A DNA stretch of 64,000 nt, from NCBI GenBank assembly GCA_963765765.1, contig CAVXYC010000018.1:96001-160000 (forward strand), given 5' to 3'. The stretch is from an uncultured Chloroflexia bacterium. Lineage in GTDB: Bacteria > Chloroflexota > UBA6077 > JACCZL01. The stretch's first letter is position 1, and each line of letters starts with the position of its first letter. The notes beneath the pieces are model-generated. The model worked only from the letters and a program-made list of their open reading frames with translations, did no database searches and was not told where the DNA came from. Both the position numbers and the translations under genes were made by a program. This document shows, piece after piece, positions 1 through 10,428 of this stretch.

Positions 1-430
1 TACCCCCCTGGGTCATGACACGATCATGACTTTGCTCCAGGCGGTGGCGTGTTCCCGGAATAAAGCGCACCCAGGGCGACCATGACTTCTGAACCGCCAC
101 ATTCCAAACATACGTGACCGCGCATCCCTCGCCTTCGGGGCGCAGCTTCCACTCGCCGGTGCCGATGAAGTCACCACTGGCTTCCAGCTTCATTTGAGTG
201 GGCGGATTGTGCTCAATGACTTTGAGCTCGAAATCGAAGAGCGTGTTGAAGTCACCACGCACCCGGTATCGCGTGACGGATCCAACTCCGGTCGGACCAA
301 CGGTCAACACTTCGGCGTATTCAAATCCCGGCCACCAGTTTGGAAACTGGTCGGGTCGGTTGAGCTCTTCCCAGACGCGCTCCATGGGCGCATCAAAGTG
401 CCAGAGCGTAAGGAAGTGAAACGGCTCCAT
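1..430 (-). CDS. SRPBCC/polyketide cyclase family protein (3' end runs off the window)
   Basis: Own translation from ATG at 430: MEPFHFLTLWHFDAPMERVWEELNRPDQFPNWWPGF...EASGDFIGTGEWKL; open to position 1; abuts the upstream SRPBCC stop. Confidence 0.8.
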   Translation of the reverse strand, partial: MEPFHFLTLWHFDAPMERVWEELNRPDQFPNWWPGFEYAEVLTVGPTGVGSVTRYRVRGDFNTLFDFELKVIEHNPPTQMKLEASGDFIGTGEWKLRPEGEGCAVTYVWNVAVQKSWSPWVRFIPGTRHRLEQSHDRVMTQGG

Positions 431-913
431 TCAGCGAGTCTCCATGGAAACAGAGGAATTCGCGCCGAGCTCCTCCAGCCGCTCACGCAGTCGCGCCATC
501 GCCTCCGCGGATTCCCTGGCAATTCGAGTGCGGATGAACAGACGATCCGCGAGACGCTGCACTCGGTTTCGGGGCTCGTAAAAACACTCACGCTCAAACA
601 GCGTGGCACCTTGCCCGTGCGGATGGAACGAGAACACCACGCGACCGCCGTTCCGGTTACCGACAACTTCCCCGTCGATAACCCAGCGTATCGGTTCAAC
701 ACGCTCCACAACAGTCCACACGGCGCGTCCCAAACGGCCCGCGACGATGAACTCCTCGATTACCTGTTCACCGACCCGCGGAGAGTGATTGGTGGCGCCC
801 GTCACGGCAAGGGATGACAAGAGCCAACGCGGCCAATTACCCGGTGTCGTCACGTAGTTGAATACCAGCTCCACGGGCTGGCGTATCAGGGCAGAGGAAT
901 ATATGCGGGACAT
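431..913 (-). CDS. SRPBCC family protein
   Basis: IRQPVELVFNYVTTPGNWPRW N-terminal START/SRPBCC pattern, 160 aa, C-terminal helix. Confidence 0.8.
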   Translation of the reverse strand: MSRIYSSALIRQPVELVFNYVTTPGNWPRWLLSSLAVTGATNHSPRVGEQVIEEFIVAGRLGRAVWTVVERVEPIRWVIDGEVVGNRNGGRVVFSFHPHGQGATLFERECFYEPRNRVQRLADRLFIRTRIARESAEAMARLRERLEELGANSSVSMETR

Positions 914-1214
914 GCTTGTTACTTTTCTATAACCGCTCTGCGTGAGATCGGCAAGCCTCCATGTCAGTATTTTCCAGATCGCAAGCTCAGAACGTGAGTC
1001 AACCGGAGCTCAATAGTCATTGGTCCATCGGGCGCGATATCGTCTGATACAGTCACTCTGCGCAGGGCCCCATGCACGCATTCGATCGGTCGCGCCCAAT
1101 GTCATTCAGATTGCAACGCACGCCCATGGCGGATTCATCATCGAGCCGATTTAGGCGTGACCTGGCCCAGGTCCTGGCGCTTATCGTCACCTGCCATAGT
1201 CGGACTTCATTACC

Positions 1215-1349
1215 ATGACCGCCGCACGGGATAAGCGCATTCGCCTGCTGCTCCAGGCGGGGTATTACCTGCTCATCATCGCGGCGCTGATTCTGATGTA
1301 CGGCAAGGGCGATTTCTCCACGCCGCCATTCATCTATCAAAATTTCTAA
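1215..1349 (+). CDS. DltX-like small membrane protein (44 aa)
   Basis: MTAARDKRIRLLLQAGYYLLIIAALILMYGKGDFSTPPFIYQNF*: one TM helix, YY..I...L..YG and terminal FIY..F as in Bacillota DltX (FIYNEF). Confidence 0.7.
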   Translation: MTAARDKRIRLLLQAGYYLLIIAALILMYGKGDFSTPPFIYQNF

Positions 1350-1500
1350 AGGTTCCTCCTCGAGTCAGAATCGAGGCGCAATTCCGATGCGGTAGCCGCG
1401 GGTCCGTGGCTGGAATTCCTGGCTCCTGGCGTCAGCCCCGTCGCGCGCTCCTCGGGGAATGCCGCACAATGGAACTCGTGCACTGACGCACAGTATCGGC

Positions 1501-2704
1501 ATGAAGCTCGACGAGAACACCAAGACCCTCATCACCCTCTACATCCCCTCATCAATTGTGAGCATCTCACAGGGGATGGTGGTACCGACGACGCCGGCGC
1601 TGGCCGCGTCATTCGATGTTCAGCCGGCGCTGGCGGCTCAAGTGGTGACCGCAAACCTCCTTGGGCGAATGCTCGTCACGCTGCCGTCCGGCATTCTCAT
1701 CGACCGCCTGGGCCGTAAGCCGGCGATGATCGGCGGGCCGATTCTTATCGTTCTCGGTTCAATCTTAACGGTGGTCACTCCATCGTTCGCCTTGCTGGTG
1801 GCTGCGCAGCTCTTATCCGGCGCGGGTGCAGCCATCTGGGCGCTGGGTCGCGAGATCGCCGCGATCGATCTGATTCGACCGAATCAACGCGGGCGAGTGC
1901 TGGCCCTGTTCTTTGGAATCAATTCGGCGGGACAGGCACTGGGCCCAGTCATCGGCGGAGTTGTCACCGATTGGTACGGGTACCGGGCGGTCTTCCTGAT
2001 CGCCATGCTGTTCTCATTCGGAGTTATTGCCCTCTCCGCGGCAATTCCAAGAGACCGGGAAAAAGCATGCTCCGCACACTCAAACCCATATGTTCGACTT
2101 CGGGAAGCTGAGCGACATCAACCCAATGTATCGAGTGACGTTCCTGGTCGTTGTCCTGGCAACGTTCGCGCAGATGATCCGCATGACCGTGGTCAGCGCC
2201 ATGCTGCCGCTACGCGTGGAGACTGAGTTGGGATTCTCCACCACGGAGGTCGGTGCGCTCTTTGGCATCATTGGCGTGGTCAACCTCATCGTGATGGGTC
2301 CGGCCGGTTGGATTAGCGATAAGTTCGGCCGCAAGGCTGCTACCGTTCCAGCGGCCGTGCTCACCGCGATTGCTTTTCTCACATACCCACTGGCCACCGA
2401 TATGTGGGCACTCTCGGCGATCTCCGTTCTAGTAGGGATCGCCAGCGGTTTCGCCCTGGGTGCTATGACCGTCTACACGTATGACATCGTGCCCGATCAT
2501 GCCCGCGGTCGTCTGCAAGCATTGCGACGCACGCTGGGCGAAATCGGCGGACTGGGCGGTCCGGTGGTCGCCGGCGCGGTTGCAACCGTCACCGGCCCTG
2601 GAGCGACGTTCCTGGTGTTCGCTCCGTTGCATCTCTTATCAGCGCTTCTGCTGGCGTTCGTCGCGGTGGAGACAGCGGGTCGGAAGAGGGCGCACGCGGT
2701 CTAA
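1501..2704 (+). CDS. MFS transporter (frameshift near 2050)
   Basis: GILIDRLGRK and GWISDKFGRK motif A in two overlapping ORFs (1459-2226, 2027-2704). Confidence 0.85.
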
Positions 2705-2966
2705 TACTTGTCCGGGCTAGGCCAGGAATCGTTAACTTTCCGCACTTTCAAAGGGGCTTAGGCCGAGGATCTCGCAGAAGGCGGTCACCTTCAGCGGCTC
2801 GCTCGTAAGCGTGCGCCGCGTGTTTGATCTGCGACCGCGGGGGATCTGGGCAGCCAGTCGAGCTCGGATTTTCAAACGGCCCACCGTTGCGAACGCATAC
2901 GTGCGCGCTCCTAACTCTCCGCTACGAGTACCGACCAGTCCTGATCCTGAGATAAGGGCATTTGAG

Positions 2967-3311
2967 ATGCAGATAACGCTCGCTCTGGCGCTGGTGTTTG
3001 CCATTGCGGTGGCACTTTTCGCCGTACAGAACACCACGCCGGTCGCCGTTAGCTTTCTCTGGTTCCAGATCCCTGAGCTCGCGGTGTCAGTTCTGGTACT
3101 TCTGTGCACGTTCATGGGCGCACTACTCACGATCCTGGTAGGTACCGGACGGGAGTTTCGACGAGCATTGACCATGCGCTCACTCCGCGGTCAGATCGCC
3201 TCGCGAGACAAGCGAATCAAAGAGCTGGAAGATCAGATTGAGCAAGCCGGTCTGCAGCCCACCAAGCCCGAGCCGGAGCCGTTGGCGTTACCCCCTACCG
3301 TGGACACATAG
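2967..3311 (+). CDS. LapA-domain (DUF1049-like) membrane protein
   Basis: FAVQNTTPVAVSFLW motif, two TM segments and a coiled-coil tail. Confidence 0.75.
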   Translation: MQITLALALVFAIAVALFAVQNTTPVAVSFLWFQIPELAVSVLVLLCTFMGALLTILVGTGREFRRALTMRSLRGQIASRDKRIKELEDQIEQAGLQPTKPEPEPLALPPTVDT

Positions 3312-3394
3312 CGCGGCCGAACGCGTGGCTAAATTGAGCCGCCGCTTCGGCTACGAGTATCATTGAGGTCCAGTAGGGCCACGGAGGGTTTGCA

Positions 3395-3775
3395 ATGGGT
3401 GCGTTCAAGCGCTGCGATTATTGCGGCAGAACTGTAAGCTGGAACGACATACAAGAGCGACGCACCTGGCTCGAGCTGCACTGGGACGTGCTTGACGATG
3501 GCCACCCCGAGCAGGTCTGGGACTTCTGCTCCTGGGACTGTGCCGTGAATTTCGGCCTCGCTCGACGTAAGGGCCCGGTCGGGGACATGGTTCGGGAGCT
3601 CGGTGATCGACTGATGGCGGCCGGGGCCCCTGAAGATGATTACATCAGCGCGCTGGACCAGGAGAAGTCTCGCCGCGTCCAGCGCCGGAGCGCCGCGCAA
3701 CGTGAAGTACACGCGCTCCTCGAGCAGCTCGAGCAGGGCGCCACAGGAGATAGCAAGAGCGATTCGCTCGGCTAA
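3395..3775 (+). CDS. hypothetical protein with putative Cys4 metal site
   Basis: GGAGG RBS; CDYC...DFCSWDC (TRASH/YHS-like pattern) followed by a helical region. Confidence 0.6.
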   Translation: MGAFKRCDYCGRTVSWNDIQERRTWLELHWDVLDDGHPEQVWDFCSWDCAVNFGLARRKGPVGDMVRELGDRLMAAGAPEDDYISALDQEKSRRVQRRSAAQREVHALLEQLEQGATGDSKSDSLG

Positions 3776-3870
3776 CCGCCAGAAGAGCTGACCAAAAGAA
3801 GCCCGTGGCGAGTGAACACTCGCCACGGGCTCTCCTTGCGTCTTCTCCTGCTGGGCAGCGCAGCATCGCT

Positions 3871-4659
3871 TCACTTTGGACCGCCGCGCGGTCCAAAGTC
3901 GTTGCTTACGACTGCGCCGGCTTTTCCTTTCCGGGATCTCGCCGAGTCTGACCGCTCATCATGTCGCTCGATAGCCTGCTGGTGGCGCGCGCGGATCTGT
4001 GCCGCCTGCTCGTCAGTCAGCGATCCCGCCTGAATCGCCGCGTTAAGGCGCTGCTCGAGCTGCTGACTCACCGTGCTGCGAAGCTGGTCCACGCTGAGGC
4101 CCTTTTCTTGCGCAAGCTGGGCCAGCGTCTTCCCGTTATTGAGCGCGTCGCGCAGGTCTTTGCCGTTCAGCCCGAGGGCCTGAGCAACAACTCCGCCAAT
4201 CGCCCTCACCTGGGGGCCGCCAATGCGAGCGTCCCTCTGGACGGGAGCCTTGGGTTTGCCGCCTTCAGTCCTGGCCGGCTTGGGCCCCTGGCCGATCCGG
4301 GCAATCCTCTTGTCCGCCTGCTCCTGGGTAATCTTCCCCTGCTGAACCATCTCAGTGATCAGGTCCTTGCGAGCCTGCGCGAAAGCCTCCGCCAGTCGCT
4401 CGGACGTGATGCCGAGGTTCGCCGCCACGCGCGCGCGCATCTCATCGTGCTGCTGCTTGTCCTGCCCTGGACTTGCCTGTCGCCGCCCTTCGCGGTTGGG
4501 AGGCGTGCCGACGGCGTCCGGCTGCGCCGATATTTGGCTGGGCGCGCTGAGAAACAGCGACGCCGAAATGCCGGCTACGGCAGCCGCCCCGGCAATCGCA
4601 ATCAATCGTGTACGTAGTGAGTGCACCAATGGCTCCTTGATCCTGTCCTCAGGTTTCAT
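3871..4659 (-). CDS. secreted/anchored helical-repeat hypothetical protein
   Basis: Signal-like hydrophobic N-terminus; repeated GKITQEQAD / GSLTDEQAA and ALGL..GKTLAQLAQEKG units. Confidence 0.65.
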   Translation of the reverse strand: MKPEDRIKEPLVHSLRTRLIAIAGAAAVAGISASLFLSAPSQISAQPDAVGTPPNREGRRQASPGQDKQQHDEMRARVAANLGITSERLAEAFAQARKDLITEMVQQGKITQEQADKRIARIGQGPKPARTEGGKPKAPVQRDARIGGPQVRAIGGVVAQALGLNGKDLRDALNNGKTLAQLAQEKGLSVDQLRSTVSQQLEQRLNAAIQAGSLTDEQAAQIRARHQQAIERHDERSDSARSRKGKAGAVVSNDFGPRGGPK

Positions 4660-4692
4660 GGAATGATCTACCGTGAAATGTACGGGGCAAGT

Positions 4693-4720
4693 ATTAACGG
4701 GATGCTAACGGCTAGCTAAT
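4693..4720. promoter_or_regulatory. 11-bp-periodic direct repeats (putative OmpR/PhoB-type site)
   Basis: TAAC at 4695 and 4706, TAAT at 4717, in a divergent intergenic gap. Confidence 0.4.
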
Positions 4721-4735
4721 GTTTGGAAAGAGCCT

Positions 4736-5661
4736 GTGAGCGTCCGCTCCACAACAGCCCCAACGCTTGGCGCGACGGACTGGGGACGCCTCGTTATTCT
4801 CTCGGTTCTCTGGGGAGGGTCGTTCCTCTTCATCAAGATCGCCGTAACTGAGCTTCCGCCGCTGCTCGTGGTTCTCGCCCGGGTAGGCATAGGAGCCGCT
4901 GCACTGCACATGGCCATCCGTTGGACGCGAGCCCGGATCCCCTGGAATCGCCCCCTGGCCGTTCGATTGTTCATCCTGGGTCTCGTCAATAATGTGATCC
5001 CGTTCAGCTTGATCTTCTTCGGCCAACGGGAGATTCCAGACCGGATTGGGCGCGATCCTGAACTCCACAATGCCCATCTTCAGCGTAATCCTGGCGCACT
5101 ATCTCACGCGCGACGAGCCCATGACAGCGCGCCGCATTCTCGGTGTGTTGCTGGGTGTGCTGGGCGTGATAGTGCTCGTGGGCTTCGGAGCAATCACCGG
5201 ATCCGTGCGTGAGCTGATCGGCATGGCAGCAATTATCCTGGCGTGCCTGAGCTACTCCCTGGGCGCCATCTATGCGCGTCGATTCCCGAGCCTTTCATCC
5301 GCGGCGCTTGCGGAAGGGCAGCTCGTCTGCGCCGCGCTGTTCCTATTTCCAATCGTCATGGTCGTTGACCAACCATGGACCGCTGCCACCGCCAAGTCTG
5401 GCCGCGGGCCTGGCCGTTCTGGCGCTCGCGATACTCTGCACGTCAATCGCCTACCTGCTGTACTTCCACGTGATCAAGACCAGCGGCGCCAGCAACGCCA
5501 GTCTTGTAACGCTGCTCATACCCATCAGCGGAGTCATCCTGGGCGCATTTGTTCTCCACGAGCCGATCCACCTGGAGCAGATCGCCGGCATGGCGCTGAT
5601 CATCTGCGGCCTCCTGGTCATCGACGGCCGCCTTTTCCAACGACAGAGTCGCATTCCGTGA
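4736..5661 (+). CDS. EamA/DMT family transporter (frameshifts near 5040 and 5382)
   Basis: LWGGSFLFIKIA; LNSTMPIF; AYLLYFHVI..SGAS...L.EPI across three ORFs. Confidence 0.85.
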
Positions 5662-5840
5662 GCGCGCGGTTCCTACCGCGAACGCATCGGCCACGGGTCG
5701 ACCCAATGAGTTTGATCCGGGGCGCGCACGTGAGTAGCGGTTCCGCTAGCGAAATCCACGCGACTCTGAGGACGTGGATGAATGTGGTCGGATCCGGAGA
5801 TGCCGCGGAAGGAACCGCGCCCTTACGGGATGCGGTTCCG
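5643..5840. repeat. composite REP-like inverted repeat (family D)
   Basis: AGAGTCGCATTCCGTGAGCGCGCGGTTCCT ... AGGAACCGCGCCCTTACGGGATGCGGTTCC with an inner unit; related copy at 52969-53185. Confidence 0.7.
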
Positions 5841-7151
5841 CTGGCTCCAGCACCGTCCGCTCGCCGCTCATCCACTCCCGCGCACCTTCCTCGGATGGGC
5901 ACATTCTTCGGCAGCTCCAGGTCCACGGGGATCAACCGCCAGACGTCCCCATGCGAAGCGCCGTAGGGTTCCACGCCCTGGCTAAGCTCGCGCGCGGCCC
6001 GCAGAAGCCGTCGCCGAACAGCGATCACCGCGGCGTCGCTCGTGCCCAGATGCTCCTTGGTGCGATCGTAGATCGCGCCAATCGGCTCGTTCACCGCGCG
6101 ATCCTGCTGGACCTGCGATTTGATGCCCGAGGCGGATGAGCGCCGTTGCGCGTCACGATCGATCAGGTAATCGTTGTCCTTGTTCTCCTTGCAGCGAAAC
6201 GTGCCCGGGATTAGCTCCGGGAAGAGCACGCCAGCAGTCTTGTAATCCTGCAGCTCGCCGTCTGACAGCGGCTTGTACGGGTTCCAGCGAATGCGGAACT
6301 GCCAGCTATGCTCGTCGTCAATGGGGACACGCAATGCGCCGAGCTGACTCGTTCCCGGTGCGCCGCCCATGACCATGCCGTAGGGCATGAACCAATGGTT
6401 GACATGCCAGCTATAGACGCCCTCGCCGGTGTCACGCCGCCAGGCCATGGTGATACCGACATCCGTCTCCGTAAGCATCGCCTGCGGTCGAGTATCCTCG
6501 ACGTAGAACCGCTTGATGCCCTGCCCGGCCACCGAGATCACGCCGTTCCTGACCCGCTCCAGAAATGGCTTGCTGGTGTCCGGGTCCAGTCGACTATGCA
6601 GAAACGCGAAGTGGCTATCGTCGATGTCGCCTTCGAGCGCCTGCAGGTAATTGCACTCCACCTCGAACTTCAGGATGTATCGATGGCTCTCGGGCAGGAG
6701 CATCCAGGCCAGCTCCGGCATCACCGGCCGCTTGTCCGCTGGGCCCATGTACGTCCAAACGATCCCCGCTCGCTCCACGCACGGGTACGTGACCACCCTG
6801 ACCTTGTGCTTGAAGTTGATTCCGGCGGCTCATTGGGCATATCCACGCACGCTCCGGAAGCATCGAACTTCCAGCCGTGGTAGACGCAGCGCAGCCCGTT
6901 CTCCTCGTTGCGCCCGAAGAACAGCGACGCCCCCCGATGCGGGCAGTTCTCCGCGACCAGCGAGACCGTCCCGTCAGTATCCCGAAAAGCGACCAGATTC
7001 TCGCTCAGCAGCCGAATCCGCACTGGCGGACAATCCGGCTCCGGCAGCTCCCAGCTCATCAAGGCCGGCAGCCAGAACCGCCGCCACAGCTCGCCCATCG
7101 GCGTGCCGGGCCGGTGCGGGTGATCAGCTCGTTGTCAGCGTGGGAGAGCAC
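5746..7151 (-). CDS. Rieske oxygenase alpha subunit, phthalate 4,5-dioxygenase-like (several frameshifts; 3' end uncertain)
   Basis: CPHRG...CVYHGW Rieske motif; EGDIDDSHFAFLH and QQD mononuclear Fe ligands; EHLGTSD. Confidence 0.85.
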
Positions 7152-7168
7152 TGTCAGGCCCGCCCGCT

Positions 7169-7577
7169 CTACGAGGACGCATCGGACTCATACGGCTCCA
7201 CGTGCTCTTCCTCATTCGCATCATTCCGCGCTGCTAGCGCCCGCGCTTCTTCGGTCTGGCTGAGGTTAAACGGCTGGTGCGGGACACCCGCCGGGATGAA
7301 CAGGAAATCACCGGGCTCGGTAGATGATCGACTCCTGCAGTCCCTCGCCATATTTCGTCTCGACGCGGCCAGACAGCATGTAGATGGCGGTCTCGTACCC
7401 GACGTGGCGATGCGGAGCCGCCTTGCCACCCGGCGGGATGACGATGAGCTTGAGGGACAGCCCGTTGGCACCAACGGTATCCGCGGAGACACCGACGAAC
7501 CCAGGCAGGCCCTGCTTGGAGACCGTCTGCGTCGACGGTCGCACCCGTACGACGGTGGGCTCGGATGATGTCCGCAT
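7169..7577 (-). CDS. cupin domain protein (frameshift near 7320)
   Basis: PPGG...HRH...ETAIY and PGDFLFIPAGVPHQP cupin motifs. Confidence 0.8.
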
Positions 7578-7642
7578 GGTGGGCTCCTTCTAGCGCGAGG
7601 AACTGCTGGAATCATCGCACAAGTCAGCGTCGCGTCTCACCC

Positions 7643-7723
7643 GTGTTCGTAGTGAGTCGCTTTAGCGCTCCACCCATAGCGCCATTCAGGACTGGAGCGG
7701 CTAAAGCGACTCACTACGAACAC
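7643..7723. repeat. GTAG-type REP doublet
   Basis: GTGTTCGTAGTGAGTCGCTTTAGCGCTCCA ... TGGAGCGGCTAAAGCGACTCACTACGAACAC. Confidence 0.75.
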
Positions 7724-7849
7724 ATCAGCGCACAAAAACTGGTCCAATCTTTGTGCGCGGAAACCGGGAATGCTGCGTCCACCCCTTGGTTAGGCTTTGG
7801 TAGTCCGCACGGGACGACCCGTGTCAATCGCTGCAAAAGGGAGTACGCA

Positions 7850-8590
7850 GTGGATTTCAAGGCCAAGTGGGAAGAGTTCCTGACTGAGCGTGACATGGAG
7901 CATATGAAGTCCTGGGGCAAAAAGGACGACTGGGGTTTTGGCAATCGCCCCGCGCTGCTGGTTGTTGACGACTATTACAGCGTGCTCGGGACGGAGCGGG
8001 AGCCGATTCTGGAGTCCATCAAGAAGTGGCCGATGAGCTGCGGCCTGGAAGGCTGGGAAGCGATCGACAAGACAGTCGATCTCATTGCCGGCGCCCGCGA
8101 AGCGGACGTGCCGGTCATCTATCTGCATGGTACCGAGGGCAAGCCGCTGGGACACTGGGCGGGACGCATCACCAGCCAGAAGCGCGAGCGTCGAAGCCTG
8201 GACCACCTGCCACCGGAGATCCGAGCCAAGGCCAATGAGATCGTCGCGGAGATCGCGCCGCAGCCAGGCGATCTGGTCATCGAAAAGGCAGCTGCCAGCG
8301 GATTCCACGGCACGCCGCTGCTCTTCCAGCTCAACTATCTCGACATCGATACCGTCATCACGTGCGGCGAGACCACCAGCGGCTGCGTTCGCGCATCGGT
8401 CGTGGATGGCGCCACCTATCGCTTCAACATGGGCGTCGTCGCCGATTGCTGCTTCGATCGAACTGAAGCCTCCCACTGGATCAATCTCTTCGATATGCAC
8501 CAGAAGTACGCCGACGTCATCAACCTTGACCTGGCGCTCGAGTACTTCGCATCGGTCGGTTCGAAGAAAACGATGATGGCGACCGTTTAG
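7850..8590 (+). CDS. isochorismatase-family cysteine hydrolase (NicF/N-carbamoylsarcosine amidase-like)
   Basis: PALLVVD, EKAAASGF, GETTSGCVRASVVD catalytic D-K-C; GGGAG RBS before GTG 7850. Confidence 0.85.
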   Translation: MDFKAKWEEFLTERDMEHMKSWGKKDDWGFGNRPALLVVDDYYSVLGTEREPILESIKKWPMSCGLEGWEAIDKTVDLIAGAREADVPVIYLHGTEGKPLGHWAGRITSQKRERRSLDHLPPEIRAKANEIVAEIAPQPGDLVIEKAAASGFHGTPLLFQLNYLDIDTVITCGETTSGCVRASVVDGATYRFNMGVVADCCFDRTEASHWINLFDMHQKYADVINLDLALEYFASVGSKKTMMATV

Positions 8591-8660
8591 GTCGGTTCGT
8601 AGCTCCTTGAACAGCGCCGCGCCTCACAGCCGGCGCTGTTCACACATTAGGGATGTGTTG

Positions 8661-10310
8661 ATGTTTCAGCGTTCGTTTGTTAAGTCCATGGTTCTCATAG
8701 GCGCCACCGCCGCACTCTCATTGAGTCTGGCCTGTGGCAGCTCCAGGCCTGCCAGCTCGCCCACGGCCGAGCAGAAGGCGGCCACAGGGAGCAGCGCGGG
8801 GAGCGCGCCGGGATCCACCGCTCCAACGTCGGCGCCCGCCGATGCGAAGCTGGCAGCAAGCCAATCGCTGAAGGTGCGCTTCTACGACGATCCGTCCGGG
8901 TTCGATCCGGCCACGCTCTTCCGCATCGAGACAGAGAACATCGCGTTCAACATTTACAGCGGTCTGACCACGTACGACAGCAAGACCGCCAAGATCATCC
9001 CGGACCTCGCGGAGTCCTGGGAGACAACTCCGGACGGCAAGACCTGGACGTTCAAGCTTCGCAACGGTGTCCAGTGGCAGAAAGGCTTTGGCGAGCTCAC
9101 CTCGGCGGACGTGAAGTACTCATACGATCGGATGATGAGCGCCGAGACGGCCTCACCGTACCGAGCCGAGTTCAACAACGTCGAGGCGATCTCCACACCC
9201 GATCCGCTGACCGTAGTGATTGCCCTCAAGAATCCCGATGGCAACTTCCTCCATCAGGTAGCGAACTACCACCAGGGCCAGGTGGTGAAGAAGGAAGCGG
9301 TGGAGAAAGCGGGCGATCAGTACAAGTGGAACCCCGTCGGCACGGGACCGTTTGCGCTGGAGAGCTACACACCCGGCGCACAGATTGTCCTCACACGGCA
9401 TGATGGCTACTTCCGCGGCCCCGCGAAACTGGAGAAGATAACCTTCCCGATCATCAAGGACGACGAGACGGCGGCCATAGCTCTCCAGAACGGTGAGATT
9501 GACCTGGCCATGCGCGTCGCCGTGCAGGAGAGTCTGGCCCGCCTCGAGAAAGACGACCGATTTACGCTCAACAAGGCCGGCGGCGGAATCTCGCTCACGA
9601 TGTTCAACCCCGCGCATCCACCGTTTGCCGATGCACGCGTGCGCAAGGCGTGGGCACATGCGATCGATCGACCGGCGGTCATCAAGGCCACCACGCCGTA
9701 TACCAGCGCGCCGTTTGGCAACCTGGTGAATGACTGGATGGACATATACGCGAAGGACGCACCTCAGTATGAGTACAACCCCGACAAGGCCAAGCAGCTC
9801 CTGAGCGAAGCCGGATTCGCGGGTGGATTCACCGCTAAGAACCTGACCACTTCAGCCACTGGCGTGACGGAGGCACTGCAGCTCGACAAGTCGTACCTGG
9901 CCAAGGTAGGCATCAACCTGGACTTCGAGCTCGTGGATACGCCGACGTTCAATCAGCGCCGCAATCAGGCGGACTTCCAGGTGGCAACACGGCTGTTGCC
10001 GGCGATGAATCCAGACACCATCCTGTTCAGCTATCTGCACCCGGACAACTTTGCGCCCAAGGGGTTGAACTCAGCGAAATACAACAATCCTGAGCTGACC
10101 TCCAAGCTGGAAGCTGCACGGGCAGAGACGGATCCGGCTAAGCGCATCACCCTATACGCCGATGTGCAGAAGATCGCCCTGACAGATCTCCCGTACGCGC
10201 CCAACTCCGTCTCGATGGTGTACTGGCCCGGCTACAAGTGGGTGGACGGCGTAGCCATCAATCCGCTCAGCCAGGTCAACTTCTACGACGTGCGGATGCT
10301 GGCGCACTGA
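8661..10310 (+). CDS. ABC transporter substrate-binding lipoprotein, family 5 (DppA-like)
   Basis: Lipobox SLAC; PDLAESW, PVGTGPF motifs. Confidence 0.9.
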   Translation: MFQRSFVKSMVLIGATAALSLSLACGSSRPASSPTAEQKAATGSSAGSAPGSTAPTSAPADAKLAASQSLKVRFYDDPSGFDPATLFRIETENIAFNIYSGLTTYDSKTAKIIPDLAESWETTPDGKTWTFKLRNGVQWQKGFGELTSADVKYSYDRMMSAETASPYRAEFNNVEAISTPDPLTVVIALKNPDGNFLHQVANYHQGQVVKKEAVEKAGDQYKWNPVGTGPFALESYTPGAQIVLTRHDGYFRGPAKLEKITFPIIKDDETAAIALQNGEIDLAMRVAVQESLARLEKDDRFTLNKAGGGISLTMFNPAHPPFADARVRKAWAHAIDRPAVIKATTPYTSAPFGNLVNDWMDIYAKDAPQYEYNPDKAKQLLSEAGFAGGFTAKNLTTSATGVTEALQLDKSYLAKVGINLDFELVDTPTFNQRRNQADFQVATRLLPAMNPDTILFSYLHPDNFAPKGLNSAKYNNPELTSKLEAARAETDPAKRITLYADVQKIALTDLPYAPNSVSMVYWPGYKWVDGVAINPLSQVNFYDVRMLAH

Positions 10311-10313
10311 GCC

Positions 10314-10386
10314 GAAGTCATGAGTCATGAGTGATGAGTGGATCGTCCTCGGAACTCGCACTCATGACTCATCACTCATGACTTTC
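10314..10386. repeat. hairpin built of tandem heptamers (AGTCATG/AGTGATG)
   Basis: AGTCATG AGTCATG AGTGATG ... CACTCAT GACTCAT CACTCAT GACTT. Confidence 0.75.
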
Positions 10387-10428
10387 GCTCGATCCGATCG
10401 CTCATCACATCTAGAGGATTTCTCGTAA

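Noticed and set aside
194-817. 207-aa plus-strand ORF and similar long antisense ORFs (e.g. 6651-7568, 19789-20580, 33896-34903)
   Set aside because: Shadows of recognisable genes on the opposite strand, expected at high GC
1072-1218. 48-codon ORF whose TGA overlaps the DltX-like ATG
   Set aside because: No RBS or recognisable composition; likely chance
1053-1340. 95-aa minus-strand ORF
   Set aside because: No motif; antisense to the better-supported DltX-like ORF
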